Source: the human T2T-CHM13v2.0 reference genome, Homo sapiens. From it: DNA of 64,000 nucleotides. The stretch lies in the NCBI RefSeq assembly GCF_009914755.1, contig NC_060928.1. One strand, written 5' to 3'. Both the position numbers and the translations under genes were made by a program. Below the pieces are notes generated by a model. It had not been told where the DNA came from and did not search any database. It worked only from the letters and a program-made list of their open reading frames with translations. Shown piece by piece: positions 15,000 to 38,896 of the stretch. Positions within the stretch are counted from its first letter, which is position 1; every line of letters begins with the position of its first letter.

Positions 15000-16350
15000 A
15001 GTATGAATAGTTCAAAGAAATGGTAGGGGATATTCCAGGCAGAGAAAAGTGCGTAAGTAAAGTTTTTGCACTTGGCATTCAGGGAGGTATATGGAATATC
15101 TGAAGTGAAAGTAGGGAAGCGTAGGAGATGAAGCTGAAATGCCATGCAGTGGGCAGCAGATGAGGGTACGTGGGTGTCTTGAGTGCCGTGCAGACAGAGC
15201 TATGAGGTAGGTGAGGGGAGCCACAGAAAGACTTTATGTAGCACAGTACTGGGATCAAGTTTGCACTGCAGAAAGACCACTCTGGAAGAGAGTGGGGAAT
15301 GATTGTATTGGGGGTGCAGAGAGCTAAGATTGAAGGTGTGAAGATCAGTTAGGACACTATTTTAAGAATCTGTTGAGCAATGATGAGGGCCTGAATTAAG
15401 GCAAGGGCACAGATTCTGGAGAACAATAAATAGAGAAGATGGAATCAAGCCAGAGAAACTCAAATGGAAGAGTCAAAGAGATTTGATGCTGGATTAAACA
15501 TAAAGAAGGAGGAAGAAAAATCTAGATTCTTTTTGGGTCTCTGAACTGGGTATTCAGGTGAAGGACAATGTCACTCACTGAAATACTAAGTTTGTGTTTA
15601 TTTCCTCTCTTGTGAAGTGAGAAAATACCTACCTTATAGTATTCCTGTGACAACTAAAGTCAATATCCATAAAGTGATTAGAACAGTGCCTGGCACATAG
15701 TAAGGAATTAGTAAATATTATCACCATAATCATAATCATTTTTGAGATAGGAACTGAAGAAATAAATTAAAGAAGAAAATGAATTCCTGTTTTAGACATT
15801 CAAGTGAAACTTTGGGTGGATTTTTGAATATATAGGTGCCTGGAGCTTGGCAAAAAGTCTAGGCTGAAAATAACAATTTAGTCATGGTTCAATATAGTAA
15901 ATCCATGTCAGTAGAAACAGTTGGCCAGGAAAGGTAAGAAGAGAAAAGGGCTCAGGATAGAATCCTAGTGAAACACTATTTATGAACACAGCAAAGAAAA
16001 AGAAGCCAGTGGTGTGAACTGAGAAGGGAAAATGAGAGAAGTGGAAGAATCAGCAGAGTGTGGGAGAGCAGGATTCGCAATGTCGAAAATGTTATGGAAA
16101 GGCCAGGAAAGAAGGGAAATGAAGAGCACACTGTATACAAAGGTCATGGCTGACATTTGCTGAGGACTTTTCAACGAGTGATGGGAACAGACCTTGCACA
16201 GAGGTGACTTTAAGAACAAGAGGGAGGAGACAAGCATGGAACGCATATGTAAGTTAATTTTCCTAGATGCTTGGCAGTAAAGAGGAGAGGGATAGAGAAG
16301 CAAAGTTGAGTGTGTGCTTTCTAGGGCTGGATGGGATCAGGTGAGCAGAT
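15000..16350 (-). mobile_element. L2 fragments (with an internal MIR near 15610-15720)
   Basis: Purine-rich antisense L2 motifs (attccaggcagag, gaaagaccactctgg, ttttagacat). Confidence 0.6.
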
Positions 16351-17515
16351 GGTTGGGCTAACTTAGAGCAGAGGGACAGCTTTTCATTGGAGACTGGAAG
16401 GAAATGAGGATGAAGGGAGCTTACAGAGTGGGCCAATAAAGTAAGGGAGGGTGCCATGATGGCCTGTTTGCTCTGAAGGGAAGATCAGGTGTCTGCTGGA
16501 CAAGCAGAGTGGGAATTTGGTAAAGAGTTGGGAAAAAGTGACGAAGGCCTCCAAAAGCTGTTGAGAAAAATGAGAGAGGAAGCTGATCAAGAACATTTAA
16601 AAGGTTGCCTGGCCTAATTAAGGGCCCAACTAAGAATGGTTGCCACAAGCTTAAACTGGCTTAGTCTGCACAGTTGTGGTTACACAGCATCCCTCAGCAG
16701 TCTGATGGAATATCCATATTGAAGTTGTAGGGTGGGTTTGATGGGAGGACAAAGGATCCAGGTACTTGAGGAAATATGACTAGAAGGAAGCTAAGATGTT
16801 ATAGACAGTGGAGGAATCAAGGGAACCAAGGTTTTGAAGAAATTGAAGAGAAAATCTGTTTATTAGGGAATGAAAATAAATGAAGTAATGGCCATTATGC
16901 CCCAAGAGTGGGATCTGGGACTTGAGACCTATGGTTGTGAAAGAGTTTCCAACGATAAGCTCCAAGGTGAGGCCACAGGATTATAGTGGAGGGTTGGCAG
17001 TTCCTGGAAATGAGGAAGATGAAGTATTATGGACAGGACCTCCAAAGGGGGTTGAAATCACAGGCTGCATCCAGATTTAGCTGGAGAAGATTGTGAGCTG
17101 GGTGCCCAAGGGGACTTCCTAAAGAAAGACAAGTAACAGCTTTCAAATGTCAATGAACAGTTAGAAGATTCTAAATACAAAACTAGCAGCTCTGAGATGT
17201 ATGAGGACAAGACCATCACAGCCAGAATTCCTGGATTCTGGCCAGCAGTGCATACCTTGGAGTAGAAGTTGCTTCTGGTAGAGAGGATAGAAAGAAGACA
17301 GAAAGTATTATATGTTAATGCTACCTACAAAAACTGTGTGTGAGAGAGAAACATGATGAGGCATGTGGTCTGGTATGATCAGGAGGGCTTCGTGGAGGAG
17401 GTGGCAGCAAACAAGGCCCTGGAAGATAGGTGACTTTGCAGAGACTCCCACTTGGATAATAGCCTAAGAAAAGGCTTAGATATGGGGGTGAGCCTAGCAA
17501 AACACCTAGCACTTA

Positions 17516-17805
<290 letters not shown>

Positions 17806-17872
17806 ACCTGTGGAGAAAATGCAGGCTTTAGGGAGGGAGGAAAGAGCAAGAAAAGATCCATTCTTGAAGTTA

Positions 17873-20918
<3,046 letters not shown>

Positions 20919-21858
20919 GACCTGGGTTGAAGTCTGGCCCTCCCACTCTGAATTGGCACATCCAAGTACTGTGTGATTTGGGGACAATGAGTCTCTTTCA
21001 GATCTTCAGTTTCATCCTATATATCATGGGAATTAAGACAGATCTATGCTGGTAATCCTCTCCAGGCAAAGTGCCAAATAATCTCAACATCAGTATTTTA
21101 TGTGCAAAATGGAGATAATACCACACATTTCACAGGAATAGAACTTTGTAGAGTTTGGTACCTAAATTAGTGTTAACCACTTATTTTATTACTATTTTTT
21201 TAATCATTCTAGACAGATGGACTGAATGCAGTTGTAATAACCTGCCTGGCCAGAAAGCCAGGATGCTCCTGGGGGTCCCAGACTGTGAAGAGAGGCATAA
21301 CTGGGTAGGCTACAGGGATTTAGACCTTGAAGGAATGAATTCTAGCAGGGCCAGGATTGGCGTGCTTTGAAGGGAACTGTGAAAAAAAATCATCTGCTTT
21401 GGTTTTTCAGAGGTAATCATTAAAGGCAACTCCTTTGGCACAAAAAAGGAATCAGCTCTGCGGCTCTCATGAATTTAAAGGCGAAGGAGGTTGCCTCTTG
21501 GCTAAGGGACATGAAGAACAGCTTCAAGTTTAAACAATCTTTGTGCTCACAGTGTGAGATAATCACTCACAGGCTTTACATTAGAATGATTCCAGTGAAG
21601 CATAATGTTGGAAAGTTAGCCTTCAAGGTTACAGGAAGATGGGTTTTGAGATACAGCAACACCACGGCTTAGAAGAAAATCAGTCCTCTCTGCTTCCTCC
21701 AGTCCCAGGAGGGTTGGTGTCTCTCTTTCTGTACTAAATAGATTGGAAAAATTCCGCACTGAGAATTTATATAGCAGTGGATGATGGGAGACCTGGTCCT
21801 CTAAAATGAATGCTTCTATTGCTTTAGATGAGAAAAAGAGTGAAGGGTTTTCCTTTAA

Positions 21859-22355
<497 letters not shown>

Positions 22356-22822
22356 TGACTGCTGCAATTTGGCAGTAGGGAATTGGGCTCTGGAGATGAC
22401 CAGATTTGAAGGCTATTCGTTCCTGATTCATAAGATAGTTAAGAAGGTCTACTTTATGAAAAACCCATTGACATACTGAAACCTACCCAAACCTGTCACT
22501 TTGGTCAGCAATATGCTGCCCCTTGCATCTCTCCAAACAATCTTGAGTTTCAATCTATTAACATTCTTTCATTCAATATGTATTTATCGAGCCTATTCTA
22601 GAAGTTAAGCACTGAGCCCAGCTCCATAGACAGAGGAGTTTATGGCTTTATGCTCAGGGAATTCACAGTTCAGTAGGGGAGGCAGACATTAATCAAATAA
22701 TCACTAAAAGAATTATATACCACAAATTCTAATAAATGCTCTGGAAGTCACTAATCATGCTTTTTTAAGACCCAGCCATGACATGTCAACATTTGTTAAT
22801 ACCCATACCACATCCACCTTTG

Positions 22823-22951
22823 ACCAGGCTGAAGTGCAGTGGTGCAATCACAGCTCACTGTAGCCTCAACCTCCTGAGCTCAAGCAATCCTCCCACCTCA
22901 GCATCCTAAGTAGCTGGGACTATAGGCATGTGTTACCACACCTGGCTAATT

Positions 22952-23031
<80 letters not shown>

Positions 23032-23150
23032 TTGTAGAGACGGGGGTCTCACTATGTTGTACAAGCTGGTCTTGAACTCCTGGGCTCAAGTGATCCTTCT
23101 GCCTAGGCCTCCCAAAGTGTTGGGATTACAGGCATGAGTCACTGCAACTG
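22823..23150 (-). mobile_element. AluJ with (AT)30 in the central linker
   Basis: Reverse Alu; AT repeat 22955-23014. Confidence 0.9.
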
Positions 23151-23885
23151 TCTAGAAATGAGGTCTATAAACCTAACCAAACTCCTCTCCGCTCTAACCA
23201 AACTCCTCTCCGCTCTCCCTGCTCCCAAATCTCAGCTCTCTGAAATAAACATTTCCTATTATTATGACAGAAGACAGCATTAATAAAGTTTTCACCCACA
23301 AACTCTTCCAGCTCTCCAGTTCCCCTCCCTCCACAACACCCACCCGTTTTCTTTTAGGATAGTTATTTTGGTTTCCAAGGGCAGATAAATGCAGAGACGG
23401 TTCTTATTTATTTCTCAGCATTAGCTGCTGTTATTGTTTCCGTTTCAACGACCTCTTTCTCTTCCTGCTGTGTCAATTACCACAGCCTGCTCTAAAAAGG
23501 CAAAGGCCCCTGCTGTTCTCTAGCAGGGAGGGGGAATTTGTAAATAGAGTTCAGGAATGTCAAAAGGGTGACCCAGATTTGTAGCACCAGAAGAAAAACT
23601 GGTTCATTTTGAGTATCCTAAGCCATCACTCAAATGTAGCCTAAGCTTGATGTGGGAAACAGGTTTGCAGAAAGGTTAATTTCATGAAAATATATATCCT
23701 TAATGAGGAGGACTCACTACTTGAGGACTTCAAGGCCAAGCAAATGTTTATCCCAAGTCCTCAAATTACAAACTCTCTCTTTAATGCTTGCCCATTAATT
23801 TCCAACCAGGGGAAGTGCAGAATTGATTTTGCTCCAGAATGGAAATCAAATTAACTCTACAAGGGGAAAAACGTTATCAAAATAG

Positions 23886-24213
<328 letters not shown>

Positions 24214-24675
24214 TTGTTTCTGTCCTCTTTCTTAAAAGCTTTGGTACTTACCAAAATTTTTATCCCTCCTGAAGACTTGTAGGTAACAGACAAAGACATT
24301 GTGGAAAAGGCGGATGTATCACAGACTTTCAGAGCTGCAAGTGAAGTTAGAAATCTAGTCCTATTCCCTCATTTTACAGTTGGGGAAACAGAGGCAGAAG
24401 GTGGTGACATGATTTGGCTAACAGTATGTGGCAGAGAAGGCACTAGAACCCAGTTCCTTGACTCCCAGGTGTCATGAAGACACTACTTCCAGCAGTCGGG
24501 ATAAAGTGAGCTCCCTAATAGCTTTTTACTACTACCACCCAAGGCTTCCCTCCAGTCTAGAACGCTGGTTCTGTAACTCTTCCCTGGTGTGATCTACAAG
24601 AAGTATGCCGTTGTTCTGGCCATTTTCTCCCTCTTTTTCTCTACACTGCACCCTTTGCTTTGGGGAATCACTCTA

Positions 24676-25020
<345 letters not shown>

Positions 25021-26005
25021 TTAACTGGGCTCACACTAGGGTGGGCATACTATCCGGACCAGCCAGTTCTGGTACTCCACCTCCCTGGCACAGACCTTGA
25101 TCAGGTAGTGGGCATGAGACCCAAATGAAGCCAGAGTTGTCTTTACTAACAATATATAGATATTGTGAGAGGGTCTCTCTTTCCTTTGTATATCACAAGT
25201 AGTGGAGATGTAGGCTCTGTGCTGACAAGAGTTACCTTACCCACCATGTGAAGAGCACCTGCCTGAAAAGATGCCAACACACCATGCTCAATAAATGTTA
25301 CCCACTATAATGTGTATATTCCTCTTTTGTGGAAGAAGCCAGGTCTCTGCAGACTAATGGGTAAGTGGGGCAAGGGAGCAAAATCAAAACCAAAACTCAG
25401 GTTTTTGTTATACAGTAGCAGTTATCTTTACCTTGGGGGGGAAAAAAATCTCTTTTTGTGGGAAAAAGACAGGCTTACTAGGCTGAGACCTGGGTTGGAA
25501 TCCAGATTCCAGCTGTGCTTAGCAACTGGAATTACGTAGTGCCCTGGGCTGATGTGAAGATTGAGAGAGATTTAAATACATAATTGAGTGCCCAGCTCAA
25601 GTAAATGGCAGATCCTTTCAATCAGCAGCAGTACCTACCAGGAAAGGCCTGTTAAAACTGATTAAACAATGTACCAGAAAAAGTGAAAGCTAATTTGCTT
25701 TTTCTCTGTAATCTACATTTATTTAAAGATTTGGGACATTTATTTAAAGATTTGGGACATTTATCCATAAGATCAAATGGTTAAAAGTGTCTGTGCACAG
25801 TCCCTCTTATGCTTATTTACAGAATAATTTGAAGATGCTGACATCTTCAGCATGTGATAAACACCCCTGCAGATTAATCAGAGGTTATACTTGAGGATGC
25901 TGCTACCATAGCAGTGGAACAAAACAAAGGGGTGGGGGGGAATCTGTATGTTTGTGTGTGTGTATATATATACATATGCATACACTATTGGCTGAAACTT
26001 CATGA

Positions 26006-29617
<3,612 letters not shown>

Positions 29618-29796
29618 CAGCTATAGGTAATTTAAACAAAATAGGTGAAAAAATTTCTAGCTATAAAATGGACACAATTTAGTCTTAAAACTCAAACAGA
29701 ATATTGAAACATTTACAAATAGAAAAAAGCTCAATGCATTCTACAGAACAAAAATGTCCAGTCTTTTCCTATATAGTTAAAGCCAGTGATCCCATT

Positions 29797-29802
29797 TTTA
29801 TT
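29797..29802 (-). terminator. SEC31A: Distal poly(A) signal AATAAA of SEC31A
   Basis: tttatt on the + strand about 535 nt downstream of the stop; GT/T-rich sequence follows on the minus strand. Confidence 0.7.
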
Positions 29803-29936
29803 AATATCTGCTAAAACCCATGTAGCAGTTTGTAGATGTAGTTATTTACTCAGGAATCCTAAGACACAAAAAATAAACTAAATTTTAAGCAGCTGTTTCA
29901 AAAAAGACTATACACACATAAAATAGGATTACACAC

Positions 29937-29942
29937 TTTAAT
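29937..29942 (-). terminator. SEC31A: Proximal poly(A) signal ATTAAA of SEC31A
   Basis: tttaat on the + strand; followed on the minus strand by TTTTATGTGTGT (GU-rich downstream element). Confidence 0.7.
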
Positions 29943-30336
29943 CTGATTGACACTGAGGAAGTAGGGAGGACATGAAAGAAATTTAGTTTTAGCTCTGCTT
30001 TATGCATAACCAGATGCTCCTTTTCTAAAAAGTATATTGAGGTTTTAAAAAACACATTTATCAGAATACTTCAGGAAACCATACTATGTGTAATCCAGGA
30101 AATACACTATTTGCAGAATAGGAAAATCATCACTGGCAACAAAAGATTAAAACAAAAATAAAGCACCAGGGTTCTGAGCAGTTCTAAGGTGAGTATATCA
30201 GCAGAAATAGTGTAAATGCTCTTGACTGGTTGCTATGCAAACATGCTAATGAGGACTAGTCCATGTCTTATAATTTTTTTTTTTAACATGTTTCTTTGGA
30301 AAAATGGCAATATTGAGTGGAAGAGAAGCTGTCCTT

Positions 30337-30516
30337 TTAGACACCCAGCTTATTGGCCTGGGTGAGAACAACTTTGAGAACTGGCATGAAAGCAGAGGTC
30401 TCACTGAAGTTGCTGGTGCTAACTATGTGGGTATGCATGGTCAATCCTTCTGAGTAGTTTCGAGTTTCAATGCTCCTTGCAATGTTGTGTAAACCACTGG
30501 TGATTGTTGGTGAAAG
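30337..30516 (-). CDS. SEC31A: SEC31A terminal coding exon (LSPTITSGLH...QANKLGV*)
   Basis: Acceptor tttgtttcag|CTT; 180 nt including TAA; matches the Sec31A C-terminus. Confidence 0.97.
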   Translation of the reverse strand, partial: LSPTITSGLHNIARSIETRNYSEGLTMHTHIVSTSNFSETSAFMPVLKVVLTQANKLGV

Positions 30517-30998
30517 CTGAAACAAAAGTGAACCAAGAGAAAGAATTAAATTAAGGGATAACTTCCCATGAGATCCTCCATAAACATTAAACCCAGATAT
30601 TTAAGTGGAATTTGAAACAAACATTATAAAAATATATAAACCATTTAGCATTTCTAGAAAGTTTCTTGAACCAAGCAACAGTTATCAAGTACAACCACAA
30701 CAAAATGATTTACATAAATAAGTTATTTATGAATTATACATGTATAAGCCAGGTATTTTCTTACAGAAAAGCAGCCCGATTTCCTCTCCAAACTGAAATG
30801 CTAATTTCTCTCTCCACTTAAGAGAGCCTCAGACCTTTAAAAAATTCTCCTATGCACAAAAAGGAGATTAAAGATTCTTAATCATAATATCTCAAAGGAA
30901 GGGCCCAAATTTACTAATTCTTACCTGCTTTTTATAATCCTGTCATCTCTTAAAACTATAAAACCTGTAGTTTTTTCCTATGTCATTACTTGGCATAG

Positions 30999-31629
<631 letters not shown>

Positions 31630-32297
31630 TGATGGAACTGAGTGTGGGGAATGGGTTAGAGGAATGCTGAAATGGAAAAAATAAAAAGAAAGTCCCACTT
31701 CTTTTTTTCTTCTCCTTTCCTAGTGCTTTCATTAATAAAACAAGACAATTTTAGAAAAGAATGGTGAGGTGGGGACAAGAGAACAAACGTAGTGAACTGA
31801 CTTCTTACTCCTGGCTATCTTCATAGTTACAGCACATTACCCTATTCATCTTGTGGCTACATTTGGCTTTGCTTTTGTATAATGGCTATCCTAAAAGAAA
31901 AGGGTCAAGAGTCTTAGACTATGATAAAGATTATAGATTTAGTCCCTGGAAAACAGAGTATCTGCATACTCTTTGATTTCTTGTAACTGGGCCATATAAA
32001 AGGAACAGCAGAAGGTCAGCTACCTTATGGCCAACACAGGCCAGTTTGTATTTATACTCTTGTTATGAGAGGGTTAAAATGTCTCTCTCAACACACCCAC
32101 ACAAACACACACACACACACCCGTATCCCCTTAACCCCAGTGAGTGGAATTTATGATTCAACACAGCCATGCCCATTCTCTAAATGTCATGACAATTTTG
32201 CCCCCATGCATACTAAATGGGAGTGCTGATAAGACAACTGTTTTACTAGCAACTAGGAATAAATGATTATCATAAATCCTTTTCCTCCAAAACTTAC

Positions 32298-32369
32298 TGT
32301 CTGTTCCCTAAGTTTATCATACAGAAACTCCAAACGTTTGCTGGCATCATCTAGCTTCCTCTTGGTTTG
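32298..32369 (-). CDS. SEC31A: SEC31A coding exon, 72 nt (QTKRKLDDASKRLEFLYDKLREQT)
   Basis: ctgcag|CAA ... ACA|GTAAGT; conserved Sec31 C-terminal domain; phase 0-0. Confidence 0.96.
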
Positions 32370-32527
32370 CTGCAGGAAAGAAAAAATAGATGTTATATTT
32401 GAACATTAACTTTTAACCTAAGAACTTGCCCTATCTCATTGCATTAAACCTTATACTTAAAATGTTGAATGGCTTCATTTTATAAAGAAATGGAGGCAAC
32501 TACAACTAAGAAACTTGAACAGATTAT

Positions 32528-32833
<306 letters not shown>

Positions 32834-33404
32834 AGAAACTTGAACAGATTATTAGAACAGAGATCAATCATCTATCAAGGGTGGAGGGTGGAGGGGACTG
32901 GGATGAGGAGAGGATGAGACTTACTTCCAGTGCATGAAAGAGTACTGATTGGATTTCATATGAACTGCAAACTCACTTGATAAGGTATATATGCATGTTT
33001 GCTTGCACTATATTCACAAGCATCAGGAGGCAGCAATGGGTCAGTGTATCACAAAAAAGAAGGTCTAAGTAGTTATTGTCGATTATGGGTGGTAGAAGGC
33101 AAACATATAGGTGAACTGTGGAATCTTGTTTTAACCTTTCAAAAATACTACTTAAACACTTAGTTACATTTGTTTAATCCTGCCTTTTTCTAAGCCTTTA
33201 AAGCACCAAGAAAGAAAGAAAACTATCTTTTGGCAGCTTAAGATTACTGAGGGAAGTAGTAAAATAAATTATTAAATTAAAAAGCTTTTTTTTCTCTCTA
33301 CCATAGCACTGTAAAGTATAATCAAAGAAACTATTCTAAAACTAAAACTAACAGTTTTAAAATTACATGATTAACTTAATGTTCTACATTATACCACAGC
33401 CTTA

Positions 33405-33800
33405 TGTTAGTTCAATATTTATTGGCTGCTTACTATGTGCTGTACCAGGGACAAAGTCTTGTATGTCATGTAGCTCATATCCCACTGGGTGAGAAAAGAT
33501 ACTAAATGAACAATATATTGCATGTCAGATGGTGATAACTGCTATGAAGAAAAGTTAATAGAGGAAGGGGGCTAAACATGTTGGGAGTTGGGGGTAATAA
33601 AGAAAGGCCTGATGGCTAATGGGACATGTGAGCAGAGGCCTTGAACTTGGGAGGAAACAAACAATGCAGATATGTGGAGGAAGAGTTCCAGGCAGAAGGA
33701 GCAGCAAGTATAAAGTCCTGACGCTGAAATGCTCTTGGTGTGTTCAAGGAAGGAATGCCAGTGTGCTTGGAGAAGAGAGAGAAGAGACAGGCCATCAAGG
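33405..33800 (-). mobile_element. L2 3' fragment
   Basis: atatttattggctgcttactatgtgc...ggaagagttccaggcagaagg. Confidence 0.7.
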
Positions 33801-33955
33801 ATGCTACATACCAAGTTGTGTGGCAAAATTACTTTGTGGTGTTTAGACATAAAGTGAAAATAAGATACATCCATGCTATAAAAACTATTCCAACTACTGA
33901 TTAAAATGAACTTTTGCGGAAAGGAAACCTTACAATCCTTGCTCAAAGTTAACCT

Positions 33956-34250
<295 letters not shown>

Positions 34251-35147
34251 AACAAAGTTAACCTTATCTAGCTACAAACAGGAGCCCTACCCCAAGGGGG
34301 CAAGGGCAGCCGGACAGGCAGGATATTAGAACTTCTTCCCCAACTAATTACAGAAATTATAGGAACACTTTGTCTTTTATGGTTCTCTACTACCCAGAGC
34401 TCCTCGGTATCCAAGAGGAATATAGTATGATGACCGAGAGAAGGGTAAATTAACAAAAAATGTATTGAGTTGGGCCATGTATTACGTGTCTTCCCAACCT
34501 CTCTATACTGACTCACGCCTGAAGAATTGGTGTGTTGTCATTCTTATTCAGATGCTTCCATTTTTGAATGACTACAGCCTGTCTATTTAGAAGTGTGCAT
34601 AAGGGCTAGCATGTATCTGGTTATCAGCTTCGTCTGCTCTCTTGTTTCCACCTTGGTCTTCCCATCACTCCCAGAATGTCAGGCACTAAGGTTTATGTTA
34701 ACTGCTTTCCTGATACTTTCAGTACAGAGAATGGCTTTCCACAAAGCCACTGACCAGCAGAAGGCTGCACATATTAATACTCAATGTCTGATGAACAATA
34801 AGATCTAGAAGATGTTTTTTCATGCAGACAAGTAGCCGATGATTAAAAATATTCAATGTGTGCTAGCAGAAAATGAAATTTCACTTAAGACTGGCTTTGT
34901 GGAATGTTTGTTGTTGCAATACAGGGGTATCTTAAGTAAACTAAGTAAAATCAGTTGCTTTAAATGTAAATATGCCTCCGATATCTAAAACATTTAACTA
35001 TCTTTAACATCTCTGCAAAGCTTTAGAAGATGATCTATCTACTTTTAACAATTTCAATATAAGCTCAGAAAGAAATCCCAAATCTGAGTTTCTTGCATAG
35101 CACCATTATGCTCCATTTATGTGCCAAATACAGTTTTGTTGATGAGA

Positions 35148-35330
35148 GGCAGTATAGCTTGGTGGTTGAGAGCATGAATTCTGGAGCCAGACAGTCTGGG
35201 TTTGAATGCTGGCTCTGACCTTAAGTGTTACTTAACTGCTCTCTGCCTTACTTTTCTTGTCTGTAAAATAAAAATGACAAATCTATCTGCCATAGGTTAT
35301 TGTGTAGATTAAGTACATTTATATATAAAA
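35148..35330 (+). mobile_element. MIR SINE
   Basis: ggcagtatagcttggtggttgagagcatgaattctggagccagac...ctgtaaaat. Confidence 0.75.
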
Positions 35331-35441
35331 AGCAATTAAATATATTTCTATATGTAATGCAAACTATGTAAGTGCTAGCTTTATTACTTTTGTACAAATT
35401 TTTAGAAATATACCTTGTAGGACTTCAAACAATAATTATAG

Positions 35442-35799
<358 letters not shown>

Positions 35800-35818
35800 T
35801 AAAAAAATAAATACATAC

Positions 35819-35938
35819 AGGGTCTGTTGCTGAAGAAAGGCAGCGCTGAATAAGATCCTCAAATGTGGTCTTTAGAATGAGGTGCTCATCTGGAATAGGT
35901 TTCTTGGTAATTTTTTTTGTTGGCAAAGACTGCACATG
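35819..35938 (-). CDS. SEC31A: SEC31A coding exon, 120 nt (HVQSLPTKKITKKPIPDEH...SSATDP)
   Basis: ttccag|CAT ... CCT|GTATGT; phase 0-0. Confidence 0.96.
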
Positions 35939-36489
35939 CTGGAAGAAACACACCAAAAACTGATCAGAAATGACCAGAAGCTACCTTATATACACAATCT
36001 TGAATCTATGTGATAAACAGAAACCGACAACCTTGTACATAGACCTATTCAAAATCAAATTAAAATTTAATGTGTGAAATCACTTACGATAAGTAAAAAT
36101 AAAAACCAGATATCTAGTACAAAGTGTAGACGCTCTTCCTACAGTTTGGATTTTCATATGCAGGACTGGATACAAAGTAGTTGATTAATTTAGGTAACAT
36201 ATGTTGGTCAATATTGTTTATAACTGATGGGAAATAAGTATGTGCCAGCAGAGAATAAAAACAAGGCACTGGAAAACACACTCGGCTGGTTAGAATGGCT
36301 GCTTGCTCTGCCTATTGGCTCATTTACGTGTATGCTGGCATTCTTCTATTCTTTGTTTTACTCTTAGAGGTTGTTAACTGGGCTGTGATCAAAACTGCAA
36401 GATTAAGCCAAAGATTAAGAGAGAAGACATCCCGATGCTGCTGAGTATACAGATGAAAGAACAAAGAAGAAATGTTTAAGTTAAGTTTT

Positions 36490-37350
36490 ATTAGTTCATT
36501 CTTTCACTCATTCAAAAAATATTAGGCAACTATTTACCAGGAACTGGCTACGTACTACTGGTGAGCCAATACAGAAATGATCTCAGTTCTCAGGGAGTTT
36601 ACAGGTTAATGGAAGAGGCACAGTTTAAAAACATCACCAATGTACATAAAATAGCAACTGCAGTACGTTAACACGTAGTGGAAACAAAAGATGCTATAAC
36701 TGAGATTTGACTGAAGGGAAGGGAAGGCTCTCTCAGGAAATTTTACTGGAAGGACAAAATGGAGTTGAACAGTTAAGTGAGGAAAAAAGAGCATTCCAGA
36801 CGAAAGGAATAACATGTAGAAAGGAAGGATCACGGTAAAAGGGAGCTAAAAGGCCAGTATAGCTGGAGCAGAGAGAACAAGGAGTATGAACTGAGGCCTC
36901 CCAGACAATGTTGACTATTTTGGTCCTTATACTGAGAACAATGGGAAGCTGTAATGTTTTAGGCAAAGAGGAAAAAAGGCCAAATTAGAGATGGATCAAA
37001 GTAGATATCGGCAGACCAATTAGGAGGTTCCTGCACTGATGAAGATTAGAGATGAAGGTAGCTTGGACTACAGTAGAAATGTGGAGAAGAAAGGATTCAA
37101 AAAATATTTTGGAGTAATATCGACGAGACTTGGGGAGATTTAAAAGAGAGGTTAAAGGGAAAAGTGCATAAAGATGATCCCCAGGTTTTTGCCTGGATTC
37201 CACAGAAAAGATTATGGTGCCACTCACTGATAACAGGAAACAAGGAAAGATGACTAAGTTTGGGAGGAAGAGTATGAATTAGGTTTTGGACATGCTGAGG
37301 TTGAAGTACCTCCAAGACATCCAAGTAGGCAGGCAGCTGGGTATACAGCC
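36490..37350 (-). mobile_element. L2 3' part
   Basis: ttcattc...tcattcaa L2 tail, gagcattccagac, ggttttggacatgctgaggttga. Confidence 0.75.
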
Positions 37351-37515
37351 TGGCTGAACACTATGTATCTTTCTCTTTTGATGGTAACTAAGGTTCAGGT
37401 CTAGGTGAGTACAGCATGAGAACCCAAGTCTAAACAAAGATAAGTGGCTGATTAGCTTCCCAAAATAACACAGGCTTATAATCTTTTTTATTTTTTTTTA
37501 AATACAACTCTATAA

Positions 37516-38070
<555 letters not shown>

Positions 38071-38632
38071 TGATCTAAGCTCTTTATTTCTCATGAATAG
38101 ATCAAAATACTTAACTCTGTATGTCTAAGTGTATTATGTAGAAATGTGTTAGATTTTTCAATATGCAGGACTTTGCCAACTGGCTGTTTGTGTGTGAAAA
38201 GCAAGTAAAAAATGTTTATCTCTATCTGATGATAAGGCTGTATTATTAGCTTTTATACATACACATAAAAATATATAACTCACTATATTTTTCTTTTCTA
38301 TTTTAAGGAGAAAAATCTTTGGAAACAGCTTTTGCTTAGCAACCTCACGCAGAGATGATTTATCTGATTTTAAATTGTAGCTACTGACTAAGCCAAGTTA
38401 TAGTAAACAAACGCTCTCAAATGTATAACCTTCTTCTAGAGAAGTTTGTATGTGGCCATGTAATTGAAAAATAATATACATACATGATCGATCTTAAAAA
38501 AAAGTTACTATTTTTTGTTTAGGTTGTCTAGATGTTTAATAATAATCATGCAATCATAAAAGTTAGCACATTAAAGAAAATATACTGAAACACAGCCATC
38601 TTCCCATTCCACTTCTACAAATTTACTGTTAC

Positions 38633-38896
38633 CTGGAAGGTATTTCCAATAGGAGCCCCTGGGGCACCTTCAATATTGGGCTTTGAAAAAGATGGTGGCA
38701 TGCCTGTTTGACCAAGAGGTTGCTGTACGCCATGGAAGGGCTGGCCACCTGGAAGATGTGGCTGTGGGAATGAAGACTGGCTTGACAGTGGTACTGGAGC
38801 TGAAGGCTGTTGCTGCAGCATTTGTGACTGGGGGTCACCCAACGGGTTCATGATTGGTGATGTGATGGGAACAGGAGGCATGAAGTTTTCAGGCAT
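38633..38896 (-). CDS. SEC31A: SEC31A coding exon, 264 nt (MPENFMPPVPITSP...GAPIGNTFQ)
   Basis: ttaacag|ATG ... CAG|GTAAC; proline-rich region; phase 0-0. Confidence 0.96.
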
